Of a stretch of DNA of 64,000 bases, positions 36,054-43,799 are shown one piece after another. Within the stretch, counting starts at the first letter, position 1. The number at the start of each line of letters is the position of its first letter. The notes below the pieces were generated by a model. That model was not told where the DNA came from. It did not search any database and saw nothing but the letters and a program-made list of their open reading frames with translations. The stretch is from the IMG/VR virus record IMGVR_UViG_3300044838_000061, positions 10,483 through 74,482 of that record; one strand, given 5' to 3'. The translations under genes and the position numbers were made by a program. Source of the DNA: a virus.

Positions 36054-36371
36054 CTACCAGTACACGCTGATCTCGACGCTGCCCGAGACGACCTCGAGCC
36101 AGACCTTCCCGGAGCTCAGCTGGATGCCCTGCTCGACAAACTCGCTGCTCTCACCGCCAGATGCGAGGACGATCAGGGGTGCGAGCTCCGGACCGCTCGC
36201 GTCTGCCCCGTCGTGGAGCCTGATCTTCGCCGCGGCTGACCCCGTGGACTCCGTGACTGCCCACCCCAGTACCTCCGGGGGCGTCTCGGTGACGCCATCC
36301 ACTACGAACGAGATCGAGCACGAGGTCGAGGCGGGGTTTCCGCCCGTCGGAAGAGCTACGCGAGCGGCCAT
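36054..36371 (-). CDS. Small beta-rich protein, possibly structural
   Basis: AKIRLHDGADASG...GIQLSSGKVWLEVVSG. Confidence 0.55.
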   Translation of the reverse strand: MAARVALPTGGNPASTSCSISFVVDGVTETPPEVLGWAVTESTGSAAAKIRLHDGADASGPELAPLIVLASGGESSEFVEQGIQLSSGKVWLEVVSGSVEISVYW

Positions 36372-36383
36372 CGCTCACGGACC

Positions 36384-36584
36384 TCAGAGGGAGACGATCT
36401 GCTCGATGCGCGCGACGTTGATGCTACGCGCCTTGCCGCCGTCCGCAGGCTGTGTGACGGGCAGGAACCCGGTGGAGATGGCGGCGACCGCAGCGGCGGC
36501 GTTCGCGTAGTCGTTGGCGGTCACGGTGTCGCTTCCGGCACCACCCGAGACTGCGCTGCTCACGATTTTGATGCTGACGGCCAT
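36384..36584 (-). CDS. Hypothetical protein
   Basis: GGGAG RBS; codon style consistent with real genes. Confidence 0.55.
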   Translation of the reverse strand: MAVSIKIVSSAVSGGAGSDTVTANDYANAAAAVAAISTGFLPVTQPADGGKARSINVARIEQIVSL

Positions 36585-36723
36585 TCGCTTCTCCCTTGGG
36601 AAAGGTGTTTGTAGCTAGCTACGGGCAGTCTACCGTACTCCATCCCTACCTGCTATAGTTCCTGCTTCGAGGCGCCCCGCATCCGTCTCGTCTCCTCTCC
36701 CCGTACCACCGACCCGGACGGCC

Positions 36724-37134
36724 CTAGCGCTGTTCCGGGTCGTGGTCGTCTCGGAGCAGAGCAGGAGTGTCGGCGGAGTCGCGGATCGCACGCGACCGAC
36801 TCGGCTTACCGAGGACGGCGGGATCCTCCGTTAGCAGTACGGCGGCGTCGGCTAGACGCATCACGAGGAACCGCTCGCCGTCGGCGTCCTCAACCGCCAG
36901 CGCCGGCGTCTCGCCCGTCCCGGCGGCCATGTCAATGGCCTCGACTATCTGCGAGCGTGTCTCGCCCCACGTGCGTCGTCCCGTGGTGCTCTTGCAGCTG
37001 AGCCTGATCCTGCCGCTAGCGTCGCTGCGTGAGTGCCACTGGTTCCCTGATCCGGGGACTAGGGACAGGCCCAGCGCCTCTGCCGCCTCGCGCTCGAAGA
37101 CCATGCCGCGTTGGATCGCGACTCGGTCAGGCAT
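36724..37134 (-). CDS. PD-(D/E)XK Holliday-junction-resolvase-like nuclease
   Basis: G..FERE...VPGSG...SDA...LSCKST (Ser replaces the Glu of ExK). Confidence 0.6.
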   Translation of the reverse strand: MPDRVAIQRGMVFEREAAEALGLSLVPGSGNQWHSRSDASGRIRLSCKSTTGRRTWGETRSQIVEAIDMAAGTGETPALAVEDADGERFLVMRLADAAVLLTEDPAVLGKPSRSRAIRDSADTPALLRDDHDPEQR

Positions 37135-37143
37135 CCAGCGTGC

Positions 37144-37725
37144 TCACACGTGGATCCGGTTACCAGTCAGTCGCGCGTGCGCCTCGAGGAACTTGCGCTC
37201 GGCTCTGTCGGGCGACCAGCAGGTTCCGGCCATCGGCAGGAAGCTTTCCTCATTGCGCCAGTGTGGTCCGACCCCGTGCGAGTGCTTGAGGGTCGCGGCC
37301 TCGCGTCGCAGCTGGAGGTAATCGGCGTCCTTCACCGCTTGGTGGTAGAGGAGATCCTGGTCAAAGCCAAACCTCTCAGCGACGGCACGGTCAATGTCGT
37401 TCCGCAACTTCTCCAGCAGCTCGCTGTCGAAGACGTACTTGAGCGGAGACGGCCAGTCACCGAGGTAGGCTTCGTGCGAGTCGTGGTGCAGCGCGGCGAA
37501 CGCGAGCTCGGGGTACCCGGCCTCGACGACGCGCTCACTGACGTAGACAGCGTGCTCTGCGACCGAGAAATATTTGACCGTCTGCCCAGCGAACCGGCAA
37601 GTGTTGGCGAGTCCACGCGCCACATCGGCGACCTCTACGTGCTCAACACGCGGATCGAGGTAGTCGAGGTAGTGCCCGCAGTAGGTCTCGACGCTGGTGA
37701 CAAGATGGCGGTCGACGATGGTCAT
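37144..37725 (-). CDS. HD-domain 5'-deoxynucleotidase (YfbR-like)
   Basis: CRFAGQ..YFSVAEH...LHHDSHEAYLGDWPSPLK...VKDAD. Confidence 0.85.
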   Translation of the reverse strand: MTIVDRHLVTSVETYCGHYLDYLDPRVEHVEVADVARGLANTCRFAGQTVKYFSVAEHAVYVSERVVEAGYPELAFAALHHDSHEAYLGDWPSPLKYVFDSELLEKLRNDIDRAVAERFGFDQDLLYHQAVKDADYLQLRREAATLKHSHGVGPHWRNEESFLPMAGTCWSPDRAERKFLEAHARLTGNRIHV

Positions 37726-38105
37726 CGCGAGTGCTGCGCGTTCGACATTGACGAACGCTCGTCCTGCTCCTGTGTGGGTGGCTGCGGACCACGGTCATCG
37801 TGGAATGTCCCCGCTTCCATCGCACCAAAGAGCACATGAATATTGGCCCCGATGTGCGAAAGGTGACTTAGCCCACTCTCTGGGTCGAGATCCTCACCGT
37901 TCAACCACGCGCCGATATGACGACGAACAGCAGCTCCGTACGTCGAAGCGAAAATCGCACCGATGCTCTTGTAGTTCTGCTTTCCATACTTGACCGCCCC
38001 GGTGTGGATAGCTCGCGCGATCTCGACATCGGCAGCGTGCTCAAGAAGGTCGAGCGGTGCCTTCATGTCGCGCGTCGCCGCAGCCTGCTTCGGGTTTAGC
38101 GGCAC
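37722..38105 (-). CDS. dATP/dGTP diphosphohydrolase-like protein (DUF5664)
   Basis: GAVKYGKQNY...RHIGAWLNGEDLDPESGLSHLSHIGAN. Confidence 0.8.
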   Translation of the reverse strand: MPLNPKQAAATRDMKAPLDLLEHAADVEIARAIHTGAVKYGKQNYKSIGAIFASTYGAAVRRHIGAWLNGEDLDPESGLSHLSHIGANIHVLFGAMEAGTFHDDRGPQPPTQEQDERSSMSNAQHSR

Positions 38106-38106
38106 C

Positions 38107-39144
38107 TCAGTTCACCCAGACGATCCGCTCGCTGGTGACCATTCCCTTCTGCGGCTCAATGAAGTTCAGGCGTTGTCCCGGCGAGCCGATCGCGGCCACG
38201 AACTCCTGAGCGTATGTGCTACCCGACTCGAGCGACGGGTTCATGAATGCCCGACGGTGACCCTCGGCCATCGGGAGCACCATCGGCTGGTGGAAGTGCC
38301 CGAGGTACACGTCGATGAACGGCTCGACGACACCAGCGGCCCAAGCGTTCACCTTGCGGGCGACGCCAAAGGCGGGGAGGTTGCCGCCGAACTGCTTGAT
38401 CTGATCTCCGTGGACGAGTAGCGCCCGGTAGTTCCCGATCACGACGATCTGGTACCACCGCTCGCGCGGGTGCCAGACGATCCTGCCGGCACGCTCATAC
38501 TCCGCCAGACGCTCGCGTGCTTCCCGGTACGTGAACAGGTCAGCGTTATCCTCCCGCGGACCCTCTCCGTACGACCCGAGGCGTCCATGATTCCCATCGA
38601 CCTCCCACATGTGAATCCGCTCGAAGACCGAGAGCTCAATCCGCGCCAGTTCCTCGATCGCCCCAACGCAGTTGAATGTCTGCTTGAACAAACCAGAGTC
38701 GATCTCGAATGCCTGACCCTTGAAGATGTGGGTTCCTTCAGGGAAGTCTCCCCCGAGCATGTTGTGACACTCCCTCACGGGATGGTCAGCGCGCTCGATC
38801 TCCGTCAGCCTGACGAGCTTGTTCGCGACCTGTCTGACTCGATCTCGGGCGATCTCCGAGTTGAAGGTCTCGGTCACCTTCCCAAGCTGCCAGTCGGACA
38901 GGTGCAGAAGCGCGACCTCCTCCTTGGCGCGTCGCCGTCGATCCTTAGGAGGAGGTGAGACGGGCGGCGGGTTACCAAGAATCACCGCCGCTTCTCGCGC
39001 GCCATCATGCGCCGCCTGCACCAAGTCGGCGGTCTTCGTCTCGGCGCGACGCAGGCGTGCCTGTAGCTTGCTGACCGTACCGCGTAGCTCTCCGACCTCC
39101 GTCAGCTGCTTGAACTCCTCGAGACCATCGTCAGGCGTCGGCAC
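38107..39144 (-). CDS. Calcineurin-like metallophosphoesterase/nuclease
   Basis: SDWQLG, GGD..EG, GNHGR, HGD and GHFH motifs; likely GTG start at 39144. Confidence 0.85.
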   Translation of the reverse strand: MPTPDDGLEEFKQLTEVGELRGTVSKLQARLRRAETKTADLVQAAHDGAREAAVILGNPPPVSPPPKDRRRRAKEEVALLHLSDWQLGKVTETFNSEIARDRVRQVANKLVRLTEIERADHPVRECHNMLGGDFPEGTHIFKGQAFEIDSGLFKQTFNCVGAIEELARIELSVFERIHMWEVDGNHGRLGSYGEGPREDNADLFTYREARERLAEYERAGRIVWHPRERWYQIVVIGNYRALLVHGDQIKQFGGNLPAFGVARKVNAWAAGVVEPFIDVYLGHFHQPMVLPMAEGHRRAFMNPSLESGSTYAQEFVAAIGSPGQRLNFIEPQKGMVTSERIVWVN

Positions 39145-39403
39145 AGGAGCACTTCCCGTCTCGGTGCGACAACGCGTGCTGCCAAGCGCCAGTCCATCGG
39201 TCCTTACCGTGTGACTCCAGCCACAGGTGTAACGCTTGGTTGCTGATGATCCCCGCGTCCTCCCGACATGCGGCCTCAAACTGCTCTCGCTCACCCTTGC
39301 CGAGCGCGTCGAGCACCGGACGCACAAGACATGGCTTGCGCTTCCCTCGACGAGTCAGCTTGTAGAACTCCGCCAGATCCGGCTTGTCAGCCGTAGCCGT
39401 CAT
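39131..39403 (-). CDS. Small Cys/His protein coupled to the phosphoesterase
   Basis: C...HRDGKCSC. Confidence 0.6.
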   Translation of the reverse strand: MTATADKPDLAEFYKLTRRGKRKPCLVRPVLDALGKGEREQFEAACREDAGIISNQALHLWLESHGKDRWTGAWQHALSHRDGKCSCADA

Positions 39404-39433
39404 ACGCCTCTCCTTTGAGTTAGTCGTGTGGGA

Positions 39434-40183
39434 CTAGGCCGCGTGCTGCTCGTCGGTTGGTGGGTGATCCTCCGGGACCGCTGAGGGCTCACTCACCTCC
39501 GCAGGGGAGTCAGCGACCCGCACCTCTACGCCGAGAGGGCGTTCCGGTGGGACATCTGAGTCCGGGATGGACTCGGGGGAAGGTTCAGCCTGCGTCGACT
39601 CGTCTGCGGGATCCTGGAGGGACGCGTCAGACGCAGGCTCGGTGACGGTCGCGCTCTCTTCGTGCGCCGACTCGTCCACCGCCGAGGATGTCGCTTCATC
39701 GACATCCGCGGGCTCAGTCGGGCCAGCCGACTCCGCTGGTGGCGTAGGGTCCGAGAGAGACTCCTCTACGGCCGTGTCCCACTCGGCCTGAGGCTCGCTC
39801 AGCGCCGCCTGGGGAACTGGCTCCTGTGCGGCAGGGGGGGACTGGTCCTCGGTCGCGGGAGCCGCGGTGGACGCCTCGGGCGGGAAGTTGCGGGGGGATC
39901 CTCCGGCCGCCTCCAGCCCCGCGTCCTCTACGGGCTGCGCCGGAGGAAGGACCGAGTTGACCTGGATGTTGACGCCGTCGCCGGGCTGGTCGTCGTACTC
40001 GTTGATGTGCCCATAGACGCTCACGGCGACGTGTCCGCCCACGGCACGCGCGACATCGTCGGCGGCGTCCTTGATGACGGCGAGGATCTGCGCCTCGCGC
40101 TCGTGTCCTGCCTTGTACGAGAACTGCACGTCGACCTCGTCCGCGGGGACCGCGGCCTGCTGTGTTCCTGTTCCGAAGCTCAT
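39434..40183 (-). CDS. Acidic, low-complexity protein
   Basis: MSFGTG... start; long E/P/S/A-rich C-terminus. Confidence 0.55.
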   Translation of the reverse strand: MSFGTGTQQAAVPADEVDVQFSYKAGHEREAQILAVIKDAADDVARAVGGHVAVSVYGHINEYDDQPGDGVNIQVNSVLPPAQPVEDAGLEAAGGSPRNFPPEASTAAPATEDQSPPAAQEPVPQAALSEPQAEWDTAVEESLSDPTPPAESAGPTEPADVDEATSSAVDESAHEESATVTEPASDASLQDPADESTQAEPSPESIPDSDVPPERPLGVEVRVADSPAEVSEPSAVPEDHPPTDEQHAA

Positions 40184-40214
40184 CTGCTGTCTTCCTCTCT
40201 CTCGTTCTGTAGTT

Positions 40215-40679
40215 CTAAGTCGAAATCTGTGACTGGGACGGTGCTGGCGCTGTAGCCGTACTCGCCGATGTCTGGCCCATCTGCTGCGCTTGTGAGAGCC
40301 GTCCCGCGATCTGTTCGACAACGTCCTCAACCGATGGCGGAGCATGAACCAGCTGTCCTACCTGCTCGACGATCTGCTCTGCGTGTGAATCGAGCAGTTT
40401 CTCGAGGTCGACCGGGCCGAGGGTCACCTGCAGCCTCCGTACTACCTCCGCGACGATGTCCTCGACGCTGTCAGCTGTCCTGACGAACTTCTGCCTGTCG
40501 TGGAGCCACTTGATCGCGGCACTCGCGGCACCCACGAACCCAGCGATCTCCAAAGCTGTCACCTGAGCCGCGTCGAGGTGCGGGAGACCGGGAAACTTGC
40601 TCGCGATCAGTCCGGTCAACCATGCGGCCACGGCCGCGAAAACAGGCGTAAGGAGGGTGACCGCCCGCTCAATCGACAT
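40215..40679 (-). CDS. Holin-like membrane protein
   Basis: Two N-terminal TM segments plus a coiled C-terminus, in the lysis cassette. Confidence 0.6.
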   Translation of the reverse strand: MSIERAVTLLTPVFAAVAAWLTGLIASKFPGLPHLDAAQVTALEIAGFVGAASAAIKWLHDRQKFVRTADSVEDIVAEVVRRLQVTLGPVDLEKLLDSHAEQIVEQVGQLVHAPPSVEDVVEQIAGRLSQAQQMGQTSASTATAPAPSQSQIST

Positions 40680-40772
40680 CTAATCGCCGTTCCTAATTAG
40701 GTGAAAGAAGACCCCCAGCAGAGCCAGAAGAGCGACGAGAAGCACAATCAGGAATGCCACGTCGGCACTCAC
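40680..40772 (-). CDS. 30-aa single-TM peptide
   Basis: Hand translation MSADVAFLIVLLVALLALLGVFFHLIRNGD*, abutting the holin-like start. Confidence 0.45.
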   Translation of the reverse strand: MSADVAFLIVLLVALLALLGVFFHLIRNGD

Positions 40773-40962
40773 CGGGAAGGTCACCTGCTCCCGTCGTAGT
40801 CGTCTAGGGCCTGCGCCGGACTACGACCGATGCCGACACGCCCATCTCTGTCACGAATCACGCAGCGCTGGTGGCCGTCGAGAGACAACGTCAGACCGCT
40901 ACGGCGTATGCGGTCCCACTGGTCGTCGATCAGCGCACGAGAGAGCGGGACGGTAGTGCTCA

Positions 40963-41706
40963 TCACGCGTGCCAGCCATGCGCCGTGCGTGGGACAGTCA
41001 CGTCCCCGCCTTGGCCGAGCAGCGTCTCCCAGGTGGCGAAGCTCATGCAGAAGCAGCCGCCGGGAATCTCGGCGCGCGCCACTCCGTAGCCCGCGCCCCA
41101 CGAGTTCGGGAACCACACCAGCTCGTTGAGCACGTCGATCTCGTTGGCGACGATCTCGTGGCCGCCGCGGACCGTCGCGCCCTTGGCGATCGTCACGAGA
41201 CCCGAGGCGTCGGGCGAGTCGAATGACGTGAACCAGTTGATGCCTGTGATGACGGGGCGCAACACCAGCGCGGCCAGAGCCTGGTGGATGTCAGCTGCGT
41301 GCTGATAGGCGCGAAGCATCCCGGCGTTCTTGGCCGCCTGGCAGACCTCGGTGCCCGAACCGCCCGGGTCGTCGGTCGCGGGGTTGCCGCCTTCGAGCAC
41401 GATCTCCTCGTCGTAAAGATGGTCGGCATCAGGCTGAACGAGCGGCGCCTGGCCGCGGGCGCCTGTACCGAAGTGCGGCAGGCAATTCAGCGCACCGCAC
41501 ACCGACTCGGCGGTGCAGGAGCCGCGAGCCTGGCTGAGCGGCAGCCCGGCGGATACGTGGCGAACTGAGACGAGCGCCGTCGCCGTCGCCGTCTCGGCCG
41601 GAAAGTTCGCCGAGCGCGAGTCGATGTGAATGTGGCGACCCAGCGGCTTGCCGGGGACGACGAGCTCGGGGATCTGAATACGGATGACGGCGGGTGCGAT
41701 GCTCAC
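40963..41706 (-). CDS. Papain-like (C1) cysteine peptidase
   Basis: QARGSCTA, GGHEI and NSWG catalytic motifs. Confidence 0.85.
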   Translation of the reverse strand: MSIAPAVIRIQIPELVVPGKPLGRHIHIDSRSANFPAETATATALVSVRHVSAGLPLSQARGSCTAESVCGALNCLPHFGTGARGQAPLVQPDADHLYDEEIVLEGGNPATDDPGGSGTEVCQAAKNAGMLRAYQHAADIHQALAALVLRPVITGINWFTSFDSPDASGLVTIAKGATVRGGHEIVANEIDVLNELVWFPNSWGAGYGVARAEIPGGCFCMSFATWETLLGQGGDVTVPRTAHGWHA

Positions 41707-41858
41707 AGCGCGTTGACCGCCGGCGCTAGTCCGGTGACGAAGATGCCGAGGATCGTCAGGTTGGCTAGCGACCCGTGGAAGGAGTGGTCGGGTGAGGTCG
41801 CGACACCTACGCGCAACGACACAAAGGAGAAGATGAAGATCGCACCGAGGACGGTCAC
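41703..41858 (-). CDS. Small two-TM protein
   Basis: GTGA overlaps at both ends; hydrophobic. Confidence 0.45.
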   Translation of the reverse strand: MTVLGAIFIFSFVSLRVGVATSPDHSFHGSLANLTILGIFVTGLAPAVNAL

Positions 41859-42250
41859 GCTGGGGTCGCCTCCAGCGGGAGGACCATGAAGTTGCTCGCC
41901 TGCCCGGCTGCCTGCCACGCTGTGCCGAGGGCATCACCAGCGGCAGGGTCACTCGTGAGGTAGGCGTGGTATTGCGGCGCAGCTTGGAACACCTGCTCGC
42001 CGCGATAGACGACCCACGATGCTGAGGAGGGTGTCGGGTGCTGGGTGCTCAGCGCCTCAATCAAGAGCACCATGAACCCGAGCGGCTTCTCGTTCGCAGA
42101 CGAGGCGGACTGTTCAAGGTTCTGACCAATGACCTGTGCCGACGCCTCACTCGTGGGACCGTAGGCATGGCAATCGAGCCGGAAGCCGCCCTCAGCCCCG
42201 GAATCCGGAATCTGCTGGTAGGTGTAGAGAACGAACGACTGCTCGGTCAT
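41855..42250 (-). CDS. Hypothetical protein in the lysis cassette
   Basis: MTEQSFVLY...; follows the lysin stop. Confidence 0.5.
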   Translation of the reverse strand: MTEQSFVLYTYQQIPDSGAEGGFRLDCHAYGPTSEASAQVIGQNLEQSASSANEKPLGFMVLLIEALSTQHPTPSSASWVVYRGEQVFQAAPQYHAYLTSDPAAGDALGTAWQAAGQASNFMVLPLEATPA

Positions 42251-42252
42251 CG

Positions 42253-43446
42253 CTACAACCGACTCGTCGCAAGCGTGTGGTTGATGCGTCCCTGGAAGTA
42301 GAGGTACCGATTCCACGGCGACCTGCACCGAGCAGGTAGAGGAACGCCTTGCGGTGGCGGCACGCAATGGAGTCGGCTGACCATCGCGTGATAGCTGGCC
42401 TTCGCCGCACCCGTCCAGACCGCTACAGCCGGCCGGATGATCTGACACTCAGCCGCCCCAAGGTTCCGGCGCTTGCCGAAGCATCGCGGGTAGTAGCCGT
42501 GCGCGGTGTCGACGAGCTTCTGGAAATGGTCGACGCGCCACGCGAGCTGCCCGCATGTCCCGCTGGTGAGGACGGGCTGGCGGCAGCCGTGGAGGTAGTA
42601 GGCGTGCAGCGATCCGCCGCGCTCGGCGATCCGTGTGCGGGTCAGTGCTGGCGACGGTCCGGGCGGCGTGGCATGGACGAACGCGTGGAACTGGTCGAGC
42701 GAGCCGAGATAGACGCTCAGGTCGATCGGCGTCGAGGTGAACTGGTGCGCGTTGTAGCCCGTCGTCCCGCACGGCACCGGAGCATTCGGATATCCCGACA
42801 GCCATGCCGACACCAGGCCGGACGGCCACTGGCAGCCCGCGTGCGGACCCCAGTACCAGTCGCCCGTGTAGATGCCGACGCGGTAGCCCTTGGAGCGGAG
42901 ATAAGCGATCTGCGCGAGCAGCCCGCCATAGCTGAAGTTGCCGTACTCGACATCGAGATAGGCGGGGAACGTGTTGGGCGTGGACGGGCCGATCCCAGCG
43001 GCTTGCAGGCGCGCGACGAACACCTGCGCCTCGCTGACCGTGTAGTCCTGGTCAAAGTCGTACTCGCCAACCGCGAGCCCAGCCGCACGCGCGGAGGCCA
43101 CCATGCCGACGGCGGTGGAGTCGATGAACCCGACGCCCTGGTTCGCCTTGACGATCAGCCCCACCTGTCCGCGCTGCTTGATCGCGGCCCCGCAGTAGCA
43201 CGGATCGTTGTTGGACAGGTCCTGGTATACCGGGCCGCCCGAGGTCGTCGAGCGCGGAGCCGTGAGTCCGAGCCGCGGCTTCGGCGCGCACACGCCCATC
43301 GCGCCATGACCAGCCGCAGCCTGCGGACAGGCAGCGTCAGCGGCGCCAGAGACGACGTCCGGCACCCGCTTGATCGTCGTCTTGTGGGAACCGCCGCAAC
43401 CTGTGACGGCGACAGTGAGTAGCGAGAGGGCTAGGACTCGTCTCAT
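42253..43446 (-). CDS. GH25 muramidase endolysin with a lipoprotein signal peptide
   Basis: DLSNN, IVKANQG, GEYDF, LDVE, GIYT, WLSGY and HQFTS motifs; N-terminus MRRVLALSLLTVAVTG-C. Confidence 0.85.
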   Translation of the reverse strand: MRRVLALSLLTVAVTGCGGSHKTTIKRVPDVVSGAADAACPQAAAGHGAMGVCAPKPRLGLTAPRSTTSGGPVYQDLSNNDPCYCGAAIKQRGQVGLIVKANQGVGFIDSTAVGMVASARAAGLAVGEYDFDQDYTVSEAQVFVARLQAAGIGPSTPNTFPAYLDVEYGNFSYGGLLAQIAYLRSKGYRVGIYTGDWYWGPHAGCQWPSGLVSAWLSGYPNAPVPCGTTGYNAHQFTSTPIDLSVYLGSLDQFHAFVHATPPGPSPALTRTRIAERGGSLHAYYLHGCRQPVLTSGTCGQLAWRVDHFQKLVDTAHGYYPRCFGKRRNLGAAECQIIRPAVAVWTGAAKASYHAMVSRLHCVPPPQGVPLPARCRSPWNRYLYFQGRINHTLATSRL

Positions 43447-43799
43447 TCGGCAGAGCGTAGTATAGCCAGTTCCTAGAACTAAAGTAGGTCTGCCTCAAGA
43501 TGTATCCTGTATCGGATACCTCGACCACGGAAGAGGAACCATTGAGCAGACCAAGTTGGGGCGAGGGACATCGCAAGGTCGGACACAAAGCACCAGGAGA
43601 GGGCGCAAGAACCCGAAGCCGGGTACTCACCGCCAGCACCGTAAGAAGCTCCCGACCCTCTATGAGGCGCCCCGCGCGACCGAGCGACGCCGACGACTGC
43701 TCGAGCTTCGAGAGCGGGATCTAGAGGAAGTCAGCGAGGACGACGACTACCTCAGCCCCTACGAGCTTGAGCCAACCGACTTCGAGGAGTCGGTTCCCC

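Noticed and set aside
36724-39403. Complete Z-genome (2-aminoadenine) pathway
   Set aside because: There is no PurZ-like gene in the window; these hydrolases also occur in unmodified phages.
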